Shown here: piece by piece, positions 21,543 through 30,191 of the stretch
How positions within the stretch are numbered: position 1 is the stretch's first letter
How the letters are laid out: every line of letters begins with the position of its first letter
From: an uncultured Planctomycetaceae bacterium
Lineage (GTDB): Bacteria > Planctomycetota > Planctomycetia > Planctomycetales > Planctomycetaceae
Length of the DNA stretch: 64,000 bases
Assembly: GCA_963976765.1 (NCBI GenBank)
Contig: CAXBME010000004.1
Span: 310,001-374,000, forward strand
Reading direction: 5' to 3'
Program-made: the position numbers and the translations under genes
The notes under the pieces: generated by a model
What the model saw: the letters and a program-made list of their open reading frames with translations, nothing else
Told to the model about the DNA's origin: nothing
Database searches by the model: none

Positions 21543-24062
21543 ATGCAGAATTCCATCTGGAAGATCGTTTCGCTGGCCGGTGTCGTCGGCATTTGTTTTC
21601 TGATCGCTTTGATGGCTCAGAGCGGGCTTGATCAGAATGGACAGCAGGTCGCTGACTCAGAAACATCCGTGCCGGATCCTTTTGTGGACCTCGGCGAACC
21701 AGAATCGAGCGGTATTGAATGGCCGGACCAAGGGACTCAGAGTGAACCCGCGATCGCTCAAAACGAGCCGCCCTTGAATGATGAACCGCCCGTCAATGAC
21801 GAACCGCTGATCAATCCGTTTGCCAATGAGTTTCCCGCCACGTCGCTGACTCAGGACGAACCGTCGACTTTTCCGGAAACCATGCCGGTCAAAGTTGAGC
21901 GTCCAGTATTCCCGGAAGTTCCTGAGCTGGGCGAAACAAACCTCGCCTCGAACGATCCATTTTCCGCCCCAGAAAATGAGCCGTTTAATCCGGTTGATCC
22001 TGGCCCTGAACCATTCTCTGCTCCACCCGCTGATGACGGTTTTGATCTGCGAGCGCTGGCCCTTGAGCTCATGCAGAAAGCCTATCAGGCGATCGACGAT
22101 TCACAGTTGCAGTTTGCTCGTGACAAAGCAGTCGCAGCGGGTGAGCTGGATGTGGCGTGGGGGCCTTTGGAAGAATCGCCGCCAATGCTGATCTCGCGGA
22201 TCGATGCCATGATGAAAGACGCCGAACTGGCGAGTGCAGCGGAAGCATCGTCAGAGCCAGAGCCGTTTCCGGGCAGTATTCTGCCAGTTTCCGGCGAAGA
22301 ACCATTCCCGGTTGAAATGCCGGCACCAGCCGATAAACCAGCCCCGACACTCGTCACCGACTTCGGCCCCGACCCGTTTGCCGACACACTGCCGGAGCCA
22401 TTGCCAACGATTGACCTGCCGGCTCTGGACGAGCCGGCACCGTTTGAACCATTCGCTGAATTGCAGCCAGAGCCTGAAGCACCAGTCAGCCTGCCCTCTC
22501 TCGATGAGCCAATCGGCGAGCCGTTTCCGTCTCTCGCAGAGCCGGCACCTGCCGAACCCGAACCTGCACAGCCGGCACTGGTCGAGTCCGCACTGCCGAT
22601 CGAAAAACCAGCTCTCGAAGAACCTGCTCCGGTTGTCGCTGTCGCCGAGCCGGCAACCAACACGGCGATCGCCGAAAAACCTGACGTAACGATTCGCAAG
22701 GTCGCGCCCGCTGAAGCAGCGATTGGCGAACCGCTGATCTACTCGATCGAAATTTCCAACAACGGCGAGACTAACGCTTCGGAAGTCATCGTCGAAGACC
22801 GCATCCCAACGGGTTGCAAACTGGTTGGCACGATTCCACAGGCCGAACTGATCGGGTCGAAGATTCTCTGGAGGCTCGGACGACTGTCGGCAAAGTCCAA
22901 TCAGAAACTTCTCATCAAGGTCATCCCGCTGGAAGAAGGCGAGATCGGCAGTGTTGCGACGGTGAACTTTGTCGCGGAAGTTTCGACAAGCACTTCAGTG
23001 CGTCCGGCCGCGAAGCCGGATATCAAACTCGAAGTCAAGAATCGAGGAACGGCCAAAGTCGGCGAGAACGTGCTGTTTCAATTCCGAGTTGCCAACGAAG
23101 GCAGCGCCGCTGCTCAGAATGTCAGTTTGCAGGACATCGTACCGGTTGGTTTCGAACATCCCGCTGGGAAGGACGTCACCTACGAAATTGGCGATCTGCC
23201 AGCAGGCAAGGCCATTGATATCGACCTCGAACTGACCGCCGTTAAGCCGGGGCAGCACGTCAATCGAGCGATCGTCAAGTCGGGCAAAGATTCTCAGGTT
23301 GAAGCGGCAGCCGCCGTGGAAGTGGTTGAAGAAAAAGGTCTGACGATTCAGTCACCGCCCTCACGACCGCAGCCGGTCGGGCAAAAGACGAGTCACGATA
23401 TTCGAGTGACCAACGAATCATCTCAGCCTGTCAGCGGAGCAGCCGTCAACGTGATTCTGCCGCAGGAGCTGACTTTCGTGTCGGCATCTGACAATGGGGC
23501 ATTCACGAAAGCAACCAACTCGATCCGCTGGAAACTTCCTGTTATCCAGCCGGGAGAAACCGTCACGCTGTCGACGACCGTCGTGCCGAAAACTTACGGC
23601 GTACACAGCAGCCGGGTGCAACTGATTCAGCCAGACCAGCCGATGGAGCAAAGTGATTCTCTGGTCGAAGCTAGCGGCATCGCCGTGCTGCGTTTGACGG
23701 TTGAGAATGCTCCGGCAACGGTTCTGCCTGGTGAAGATTTCGTCGTCGAATTCTCAGTAGTCAATAAGGGCACGGGACCGGACAGCAATGTGCAGTTCTC
23801 GCTGCTTCTGCCGACTGGAGTCGATTTTGTGTCGGCTCGCGGGCCGGTTCGAAACCTTCCACCGACATCTACCGACGGTGGTCGCACCGTTGGCTTCGCG
23901 ACAATTCCCGAAATCGGCGAAAAGGCAAGCGTCGACTTCCAGGTGACTCTGCGATCTCGTGATGCCGGGCAGCCGAAGATTCGAGCTGAAGTTCGATCGA
24001 ACCAGCTCAGAAACGCCGTAGCCACAGAAGCCGCAATCGAGATTCTCAACACGACGCCGTAG
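21543..24062 (+). CDS. Membrane-anchored protein with Pro/Glu-rich linker and tandem DUF11 (OmcB-like) Ig domains
   Basis: N-terminal TM; repeated GExxxYxIxxxNxG...VxVxDxxPxG domain motifs (4 copies). Confidence 0.85.
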   Translation: MQNSIWKIVSLAGVVGICFLIALMAQSGLDQNGQQVADSETSVPDPFVDLGEPESSGIEWPDQGTQSEPAIAQNEPPLNDEPPVNDEPLINPFANEFPATSLTQDEPSTFPETMPVKVERPVFPEVPELGETNLASNDPFSAPENEPFNPVDPGPEPFSAPPADDGFDLRALALELMQKAYQAIDDSQLQFARDKAVAAGELDVAWGPLEESPPMLISRIDAMMKDAELASAAEASSEPEPFPGSILPVSGEEPFPVEMPAPADKPAPTLVTDFGPDPFADTLPEPLPTIDLPALDEPAPFEPFAELQPEPEAPVSLPSLDEPIGEPFPSLAEPAPAEPEPAQPALVESALPIEKPALEEPAPVVAVAEPATNTAIAEKPDVTIRKVAPAEAAIGEPLIYSIEISNNGETNASEVIVEDRIPTGCKLVGTIPQAELIGSKILWRLGRLSAKSNQKLLIKVIPLEEGEIGSVATVNFVAEVSTSTSVRPAAKPDIKLEVKNRGTAKVGENVLFQFRVANEGSAAAQNVSLQDIVPVGFEHPAGKDVTYEIGDLPAGKAIDIDLELTAVKPGQHVNRAIVKSGKDSQVEAAAAVEVVEEKGLTIQSPPSRPQPVGQKTSHDIRVTNESSQPVSGAAVNVILPQELTFVSASDNGAFTKATNSIRWKLPVIQPGETVTLSTTVVPKTYGVHSSRVQLIQPDQPMEQSDSLVEASGIAVLRLTVENAPATVLPGEDFVVEFSVVNKGTGPDSNVQFSLLLPTGVDFVSARGPVRNLPPTSTDGGRTVGFATIPEIGEKASVDFQVTLRSRDAGQPKIRAEVRSNQLRNAVATEAAIEILNTTP

Positions 24063-24550
24063 CAGACGATGCAGACGCAGCAGACAACGCTCAGCAAGAA
24101 TTGCAGAAACTGCGGTCGTCGGCAGGAACAGGCTCGATAAGGTGCAGGCAACATGTTTGCGGTTGTTGTCGTGCCCAGTAGATGAATGTTCGCAATTCAT
24201 CCGCTCGGCACTTCGCCAGCGTTTCGTTTCATGGCAGCTCTTGTCGTCAACGGTCTCTTTGATCGCCACGCCCCTGCCAGCCTGCTGAAGGCAGCCTTAG
24301 AGCGATGCCGCCGCTACCCGGAAGCGTCTTACCGTCAGATCCGTCGCCGCCCAAAATCCCGACAGACAGAACCTTGGAGGCATCTTGGTCGACTATATCG
24401 TCCAGCTTGTACGACAGGAGCGGCTGCTGCGTTCAGCTACCGCCCGTAGCTGCTCATCCTTCATCATTTGGCAACCACTTCCTGCGACTCTTCGCGATGC
24501 CACCTCATCAGAATCGAGCAGATCGAAAATTTCCGTAACAGCTTCACACC

Positions 24551-24589
24551 AAAGAGAAAGCCTCGCTGCCACCTGCTGACAACGAGGCT
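24551..24589 (-). terminator. Intrinsic terminator after tRNA-Gly
   Basis: Minus-strand 13-bp stem AGCCTCGTTGTCA/TGGCAGCGAGGCT (with G-U pairs) then TTCTCTTT. Confidence 0.65.
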
Positions 24590-24596
24590 CTATCAA

Positions 24597-24667
24597 AGCG
24601 GGTGAGGGGAATCGAACCCCCACCTGAAGCTTGGGAAGCTTCCGTTCTACCATTGAACTACACCCGC
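24597..24667 (-). tRNA. tRNA-Gly (anticodon CCC), CCA not encoded
   Basis: GCGGGTGTAGTTCAATGGTAGAACGGAAGCTTCCCAAGCTTCAGGTGGGGGTTCGATTCCCCTCACCCGCT folds into a full cloverleaf. Confidence 0.97.
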
Positions 24668-25600
24668 GACGAAGCAGCATTATCACGGTCGTCTCGCCTG
24701 ATGCAAGGTAGCCTGAAAAATGGCATGTTTGCTGGCCCCTGATTTGGGGTTCCGGCACTCGAAACATCGTTCGAAAGTGCAGAAACGATTGAGTGCCCCG
24801 TTCGGACGTGCTGGACGGCTACGGGTGCGAAATCCCGATGTTTCAGGACGCCGATTGCGATGCATTTAAGCCATGCCAGGTTGTCGGCGTCGATGTAGTC
24901 CCCGCGACCGAGTTCTCACAATCTGGATCAGCGAGTTCAGTCGCCGACTTCATAAAAACGCCAGAGAAGGCACTGACTATAGGGCCGCTGCTCCTGCATT
25001 CCTCGCCGGCAATCAGATCAAGGTCAACCTGATCGACAACCTCTTGAGTCTGACCGACCTTCACAACAGAGACGTGAAGTTTCACGCCGCCATCCCCCGT
25101 CAGGTTTACGCAACCGTGCTCGACCAGTAGCTCAGCTTCGAAAGTACCCTCATTCCCGGCAGCAAGTTTGAGTCAGCATAAGCTCTGCAAGGCTGACGAC
25201 GGGCCGATCGTATTCCGCTCCGACCGCCACATCAGTAGAACCAGGATCGCAGGATGTATCTCGACGCACCAGCGATGACCTATCGGCATAACAAGACGCA
25301 CCTACGCCACTAACCAGCGAAAAAGAAAGGGCGATTGCACACCCGTCAAGGTGAGTACCGAATCATATGGCGTCACGACCCAACCTGCACAATTGAAATA
25401 CTCCGTTGCTTTAGCCGCTCGTGACCACACAAATGGCATTCCTGCATGGAAACTGGCAGGGCGTTTCCAGCCCTGTTTCCAGAAAGATGGCTCTTAAATA
25501 GTTCGACACCGTGGCCCACCACGTCTTTCGCACCGAAACACCGACACGATCCACGGGGTTGCCCGCGTTGTTGCGCCCGTCATCAAAGTTCGTATTCCAT

Positions 25601-25616
25601 TGGCGCAGCCTTTGCT
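25601..25616 (+). promoter_or_regulatory. Sigma-54 promoter upstream of DUF1559 gene
   Basis: TGGCGCAGCCTTTGCT, GG-N10-GC spacing, about 64 nt before ATG 25680. Confidence 0.6.
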
Positions 25617-25679
25617 TTCTTTTCGTGTCATTGGTTTTGTTCACTCTGGACTAGTGACTTTATAGGGAAGCGAGCAGCA

Positions 25680-26618
25680 ATGGACACGTATCGTCGAAAT
25701 CGTCGTGGATTTACTCTGGTGGAACTGCTGGTGGTGATCGCAATTATCGCCATCCTGATTGCGTTGTTACTGCCAGCCGTTCAGCAGACTCGCGAGGCAG
25801 CAAGAAGAGCTCAATGTAAAAACAATATAAAGCAACTGGGACTGGCAATTCATAATTACCACGATCAGCATAACAGGATCCCACCATCTGCGGTGAATCC
25901 AGGCAGCACTGGATCGAATGTCGCCGGGCGTGTCGCGCCAGGGATGGTGCGAAATTTTACAGGTTACCTCTACATGCTTCCGTATGTGGATCAGGGCACT
26001 CTATATAACGAAATTGATTTTGATAGAGCAACGGGAAAAGCAGACTGGCATGCAATCGGTGGAGGAGGAACTCAAGCGGCCCTGGAGAACAAAAAAATCG
26101 AAGCATTCCGCTGTCCCTCAGACATTGAATACGACGACCCGCACACTTACGCAACACAAAACATGTATACTGCCACGAATATAAACCGTGTGAGTTATGG
26201 ATTCGTGCATACGAGCACTGAATATACAGAAAGCTCAAACGGCTGGTTCTGGGGAACACAGGGGCAGTCACGAGCAGCATTTGGCTTTAACAGTTCGGCA
26301 CGTCTCGCGGACATCCAGGATGGAACCAGCAACACAATAGGCATGATTGAAACAAGGTATCAGAAAGAAAGTTCTGCATACGGCCCATTCTGGCAGTCAT
26401 ACACGCACACGCATGCAATTGTCCCAAGTGCTTATGGTATTAATCAATTGCGTCCAAGTGGACTGCCCTATGCCTGGTACGCCGGGAGCGCTCACGTCGG
26501 AGGAGCCCAGACGCTGATGATGGATGGCAGTGTCGTCTTCCTGAACGAAACGATGGATATATCCATAATCAGAGCCCTTGTGACCGTCGCCGGCAGTGAG
26601 CTGATCGACGCATTCTGA
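25680..26618 (+). CDS. DUF1559 prepilin-type N-terminal cleavage/methylation protein
   Basis: [45 protein letters not shown]9-DG ([12 protein letters not shown]). Confidence 0.95.
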   Translation: MDTYRRNRRGFTLVELLVVIAIIAILIALLLPAVQQTREAARRAQCKNNIKQLGLAIHNYHDQHNRIPPSAVNPGSTGSNVAGRVAPGMVRNFTGYLYMLPYVDQGTLYNEIDFDRATGKADWHAIGGGGTQAALENKKIEAFRCPSDIEYDDPHTYATQNMYTATNINRVSYGFVHTSTEYTESSNGWFWGTQGQSRAAFGFNSSARLADIQDGTSNTIGMIETRYQKESSAYGPFWQSYTHTHAIVPSAYGINQLRPSGLPYAWYAGSAHVGGAQTLMMDGSVVFLNETMDISIIRALVTVAGSELIDAF

Positions 26619-26728
26619 TGATTGATATCTGAATTGCACAGCAGGCAGTAGTCGGTGACCGTCGCCGCAGTGCGTCATGCTGGCTGACTATTGCATTTCC
26701 GTTTGCATCTCTCCCGAAAGGAATTCCG

Positions 26729-26935
26729 ATGAAGTTTCAATTGAGTGGCCTGTTCATGATGATTGCGGTTTCTGTTGCAGGATGTGGAAGCAGTGACATC
26801 GACGCCCAGGCTGTGCAGTCGCTTTCGCCACCTGTTCCGTTAGGTCAAGACATTAGCTCACTATCCCCAGCAGAAACAGCGATGATGGTAAGCATGAGCC
26901 CCGGAGGAGAAGCTGATCCAAATCTCGGCCAGTGA
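26729..26935 (+). CDS. Small lipoprotein (DUF1559 companion)
   Basis: RBS AAAGGA, signal peptide with VAGC lipobox; typical position after DUF1559 genes. Confidence 0.65.
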   Translation: MKFQLSGLFMMIAVSVAGCGSSDIDAQAVQSLSPPVPLGQDISSLSPAETAMMVSMSPGGEADPNLGQ

Positions 26936-27083
26936 GCCAACGACGCGAAAGCGTGAGTGATGCACTGATCACTCACGCTTTCGCCGCCGCTCCAAAAGTG
27001 GCAATCAAGCAGGGTTGTTTGGCTACGATCGTCGAGGCTGTCCATCAGCCCTCTGCTGTGTCGGTATCTCGAGAATGGTTCGG

Positions 27084-27281
27084 TCACCGGCGTACTGACG
27101 ATTTAACTGCATGATGCAGACGATCAAGAACGCGTTCAAGACCGACTCCCTGCTGACCGCACACGTACTCCAACGATTTGCCTCCACAGCTGGTGTCCAG
27201 CCGAAGTTCGTCGAAGACAGGCGACGTTTCTGGATACTCGATGATCCAATCCGGAATGCTGTTTTCTGGTCCGCAGTTCAT
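27084..27281 (-). CDS. Standalone ScdA_N/DUF542 domain protein (N-terminal domain of RIC/YtfE)
   Basis: YPETSPVFDELRLDTSCGGKSLEYVC resembles the RIC N-terminal xxVFxxxxIDFCCGG motif. Confidence 0.75.
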   Translation of the reverse strand: MNCGPENSIPDWIIEYPETSPVFDELRLDTSCGGKSLEYVCGQQGVGLERVLDRLHHAVKSSVRR

Positions 27282-27322
27282 CAGACATGCTCCTGTTTCG
27301 ATCTTCGCCGACGCCAAACATG

Positions 27323-27802
27323 TCAGGCTTCAATCGCGCGACGCTTCTCTTTAATGAACTCGACGTGGTGCGGGACGTGGCCGGTGATTCGCTGGATCAG
27401 AGTTTCCAGGGTCATCGGGCCATCGACCGAGTGGTTGCCGGTCCGCTGAAAGTCTTTCGGCAACAACGTTTGAAGAATTCGCGCCATTTGTCGTCGTACC
27501 ACCTCGATCAATTGCAGTTCTTCTTCGACGTTTCGTTGATCGTAAGCCAACCCTGCGGCGAAGACGTCAGGATCGCCACCAAAGAACGTCGGCTGATTCT
27601 CGGCAATGACTCGTTTCATCCGGTCAGCATACACCGGTTCAAAGTCCGCGATGTGACAGACCACCTGACGCGTCGACCATTTCCCGGCAATCGGAGCGGC
27701 GTCCAGTTGTTCGTCGGTCATTCCGAAGACGGCCTGCCGGATCAGCTGCGGGCCGGCCAGGTATTGTTCGATCAGATCTGCAGGCAACATGGAAAGACTC
27801 AC
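27323..27802 (-). CDS. DinB/YfiT-family protein (putative metal-dependent thiol transferase)
   Basis: [16 protein letters not shown] and GHVPHH metal-binding histidines. Confidence 0.88.
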   Translation of the reverse strand: MSLSMLPADLIEQYLAGPQLIRQAVFGMTDEQLDAAPIAGKWSTRQVVCHIADFEPVYADRMKRVIAENQPTFFGGDPDVFAAGLAYDQRNVEEELQLIEVVRRQMARILQTLLPKDFQRTGNHSVDGPMTLETLIQRITGHVPHHVEFIKEKRRAIEA

Positions 27803-28374
27803 TTTTTCAGGTTGAGGGGCATCGTGATGGCAACGGCGGCGGCGCGTACTTTGTTACTCGTGCGACGAGGAACGTGACACTTCAGACATTGCGAAGGCAG
27901 ACGAATCAGGCCCGCAAAGCGGAAAGATTCGCCTTCAACCGCGTCGAATTCAGGCTTGCCTGATGCCAAAGCTTTCACGGCACTGTTTTCAAAATCGTCC
28001 TGTGGCTTGTGATCGACGCTCATCGGTTCGGCATTCACGGCCAGCCAGCGTACTTTCACCTGGTGCTTGTCGGCGAGTCGAAGAAATACATCGTCAAGCG
28101 ACCGTGACGGGATCTTCAACCCTTCGTCTTCACGAAAAAAGTCGCGATGCATCACCTGTAGCGACCCGTGAATCATCTCATGAAGCAGCTGGGCTCGGCC
28201 GCGCGCCTCACTCACCGTATCGGGAGCACTTGATTTCGGAGAATCCGAGGCTGTGGCATTGTCAGAGGCGATCGCCCGACCATCGGAGTGAGTTTGGAAC
28301 CAGCCGGCAGCCAACGGCCAGGACGCTACGGCCAGGACGGAGCTGACCCAAAAAAGCCGTACCTTATCGTTCAT
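27799..28374 (-). CDS. Exported DUF3365 (Tll0287-like) c-type heme protein
   Basis: Signal peptide, [14 protein letters not shown] heme-attachment motif. Confidence 0.85.
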   Translation of the reverse strand: MNDKVRLFWVSSVLAVASWPLAAGWFQTHSDGRAIASDNATASDSPKSSAPDTVSEARGRAQLLHEMIHGSLQVMHRDFFREDEGLKIPSRSLDDVFLRLADKHQVKVRWLAVNAEPMSVDHKPQDDFENSAVKALASGKPEFDAVEGESFRFAGLIRLPSQCLKCHVPRRTSNKVRAAAVAITMPLNLKK

Positions 28375-28392
28375 ATGAGTATTCCTGTTCGG

Positions 28393-28818
28393 TCATTTCT
28401 GAAGTTTCATCAGGATGATTTCATGGCCACTGGCTTCATGGACGCTCTCGCTGACTTCTTTGAATCCATACAGCGAATAAAAACGACGGCCGATCTGGTT
28501 CTTCTTGAAAACCTGCACTTCCAAACCGTCACGACGTTCACGGGCACAGTTCATCAGAGCCTGACCAACGCCCTGCCCGTGAAGTTGAGGCAGCACGAAG
28601 ATAGCTCCGACTTCATTGCCGATCATGGCGATGAACCCGACGACTCGCCCTGCCTGTTCGTAGACCCAGGTTTCAGCGTTGGGCAGGTAGAGTTCCGGGA
28701 TGTTCCGCCGTTCGCTGGCGAGGAATGCGTCATCAAGGAAAGGATGCGCCACCAGTGAGGCCTGATGCCAGGCATCGAGAAGTTCTGCCAGATCAGACTC
28801 GCAGTATTCCCGGATCAT
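28393..28818 (-). CDS. GNAT family N-acetyltransferase
   Basis: IFVLPQLHGQGVGQALM acetyl-CoA motif, NQIGRRFYSLYGF. Confidence 0.9.
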   Translation of the reverse strand: MIREYCESDLAELLDAWHQASLVAHPFLDDAFLASERRNIPELYLPNAETWVYEQAGRVVGFIAMIGNEVGAIFVLPQLHGQGVGQALMNCARERRDGLEVQVFKKNQIGRRFYSLYGFKEVSESVHEASGHEIILMKLQK

Positions 28819-28901
28819 GCTCTTTCCTTTCTTATCTATCGCGATGGAAGAACGCGCAGGCGGCAATGAAGTTACTACCAACGTCGCCGCTCACCACAAT
28901 A

Positions 28902-29492
28902 CTATTTGGCGGGAGCTTTCGGCGTGTCCTGACGGATGGGAACGCTGATCACCAGCGCGGCAAACTTCGGAGTTGTGGAAGGATTGCTGGACAACCCGCC
29001 GTGGCACCCGACGCAACCAGCTGACAGAGGGATCGCGCCCGCTCGGCGGTAAAACCCGTTTTCGACGATATCCACGTGGCTCTTGCCTTTGGCGATTGCT
29101 TTCGCTGCAGATTTTTCGAATTCCGTTTCGGGCTCGTGGTCAATACTCATCGGCTTCATGTTCACGGAAATCCAACGAGCCTTTACTTTCGACTGTCGTT
29201 CGATGGCCGAAAAGATGTCCTGCATGGCGCGAGCTGGAACGGTTGCTCGATTGCCGTGAAAGTACCGGTGATGCATCACCTCAAGTGTGACCTCATAGAC
29301 ATCATGCATCACCTTCGCTCGGTCGCGGGCAACATCAAGCGGGACTTCTTCGTCACGGTCAGCGTTTGAATCCGGTGCGGCCGACAGAGCTTTCTTTTCT
29401 GCCCCCAGAACAAGCTTGTCATTCGAAAAGAACAGCGTTGCCATCACCATCGTAAAAACAGCGCACGCAGCGAGCACGAACAGTCGGTTCAT
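28902..29492 (-). CDS. Exported DUF3365 (Tll0287-like) c-type heme protein
   Basis: Signal/TM, DHEPETEFE, CVGCH motif; paralog of 27799..28374. Confidence 0.85.
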   Translation of the reverse strand: MNRLFVLAACAVFTMVMATLFFSNDKLVLGAEKKALSAAPDSNADRDEEVPLDVARDRAKVMHDVYEVTLEVMHHRYFHGNRATVPARAMQDIFSAIERQSKVKARWISVNMKPMSIDHEPETEFEKSAAKAIAKGKSHVDIVENGFYRRAGAIPLSAGCVGCHGGLSSNPSTTPKFAALVISVPIRQDTPKAPAK

Positions 29493-29581
29493 TTTCCATC
29501 CTTTGAGTGAGCGCAGCAGAGGATCTGCCTGGGGTGGGAATCAAGGCAAGGTTCAGCGAGGAGGAACTTGAGGAGTAGCGG

Positions 29582-30013
29582 CTACGGCGACGCAGCAGCG
29601 ACTCTATTGAGTTGTCGTTTGGTGGGGACAACGTCAGCAAGTGTGACGCTGTTGAGGTATTCCAGTTGAACGCGTTCGGCTTCGGCGAGGACTCCCTTCA
29701 GTTTGCAGAACGATTGAATCGAGCAAACATGCTCCGTGGTCACACATTCCAGCAGATGCAGATTGCCTTCGAAGGCTTCAACGACTTTCCCCAGGCGAAT
29801 GTCTTCGGCAGGTCGAGCGAGTTCGATCCCGCCGCCAATTCCGCGGATACTTCGCACATAGCCGAGTCGAGAAAGCTGATTGATAACCTTTGCCAGATGA
29901 CTCAGTGAAATCCCGTAGAGTTGTGCAACTTGCGAGGCTGTTGCACGCTCGTTCTTCGTGGCCAGATACATCAGCGTCCGCAGGGCAAAATCAGTGTGTG
30001 TTGTCAGAGACAT
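29582..30013 (-). CDS. nsrR: Rrf2 family Fe-S transcriptional regulator, NsrR-like
   Basis: LTTHTDFALRTLMYLA, HLAKV, SIRGIGGGIELAR, three Cys in LLECVTTEHVCSIQSFCKL. Confidence 0.85.
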   Translation of the reverse strand: MSLTTHTDFALRTLMYLATKNERATASQVAQLYGISLSHLAKVINQLSRLGYVRSIRGIGGGIELARPAEDIRLGKVVEAFEGNLHLLECVTTEHVCSIQSFCKLKGVLAEAERVQLEYLNSVTLADVVPTKRQLNRVAAASP

Positions 30014-30038
30014 TCTCTTGAATCACCCAAACCAACTA

Positions 30039-30061
30039 AACAGGAATCACTTATGCCTATT
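30039..30061. promoter_or_regulatory. NsrR-type 11-1-11 operator overlapping a putative sigma-70 promoter of the Rrf2 operon
   Basis: AACAGGAATCA-C-TTATGCCTATT imperfect palindrome; minus strand TTGACG (30087-30082), 17 nt, TTAAAT (30064-30059). Confidence 0.65.
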
Positions 30062-30191
30062 TAAGTCAGAGCGATTCTCTTCGTCAAGACTGAGGCGATT
30101 ATTGAAGCAATCCGATCAGCCTTTGAACTAATCGAATCGACGGGCCTGAAATTATCCACTTAAAACGTGACGACTACTGAGGAATCAAACC

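Noticed and set aside
21762..21813. Short tandem repeats as CRISPR or VNTR
   Set aside because: In-frame coding repeats within a low-complexity linker; no spacers or cas genes anywhere in the window
24063..26935. tRNA-Gly-anchored genomic island
   Set aside because: No integrase and no duplicated tRNA 3' end seen; the atypical DNA lies on the 5' side of the tRNA
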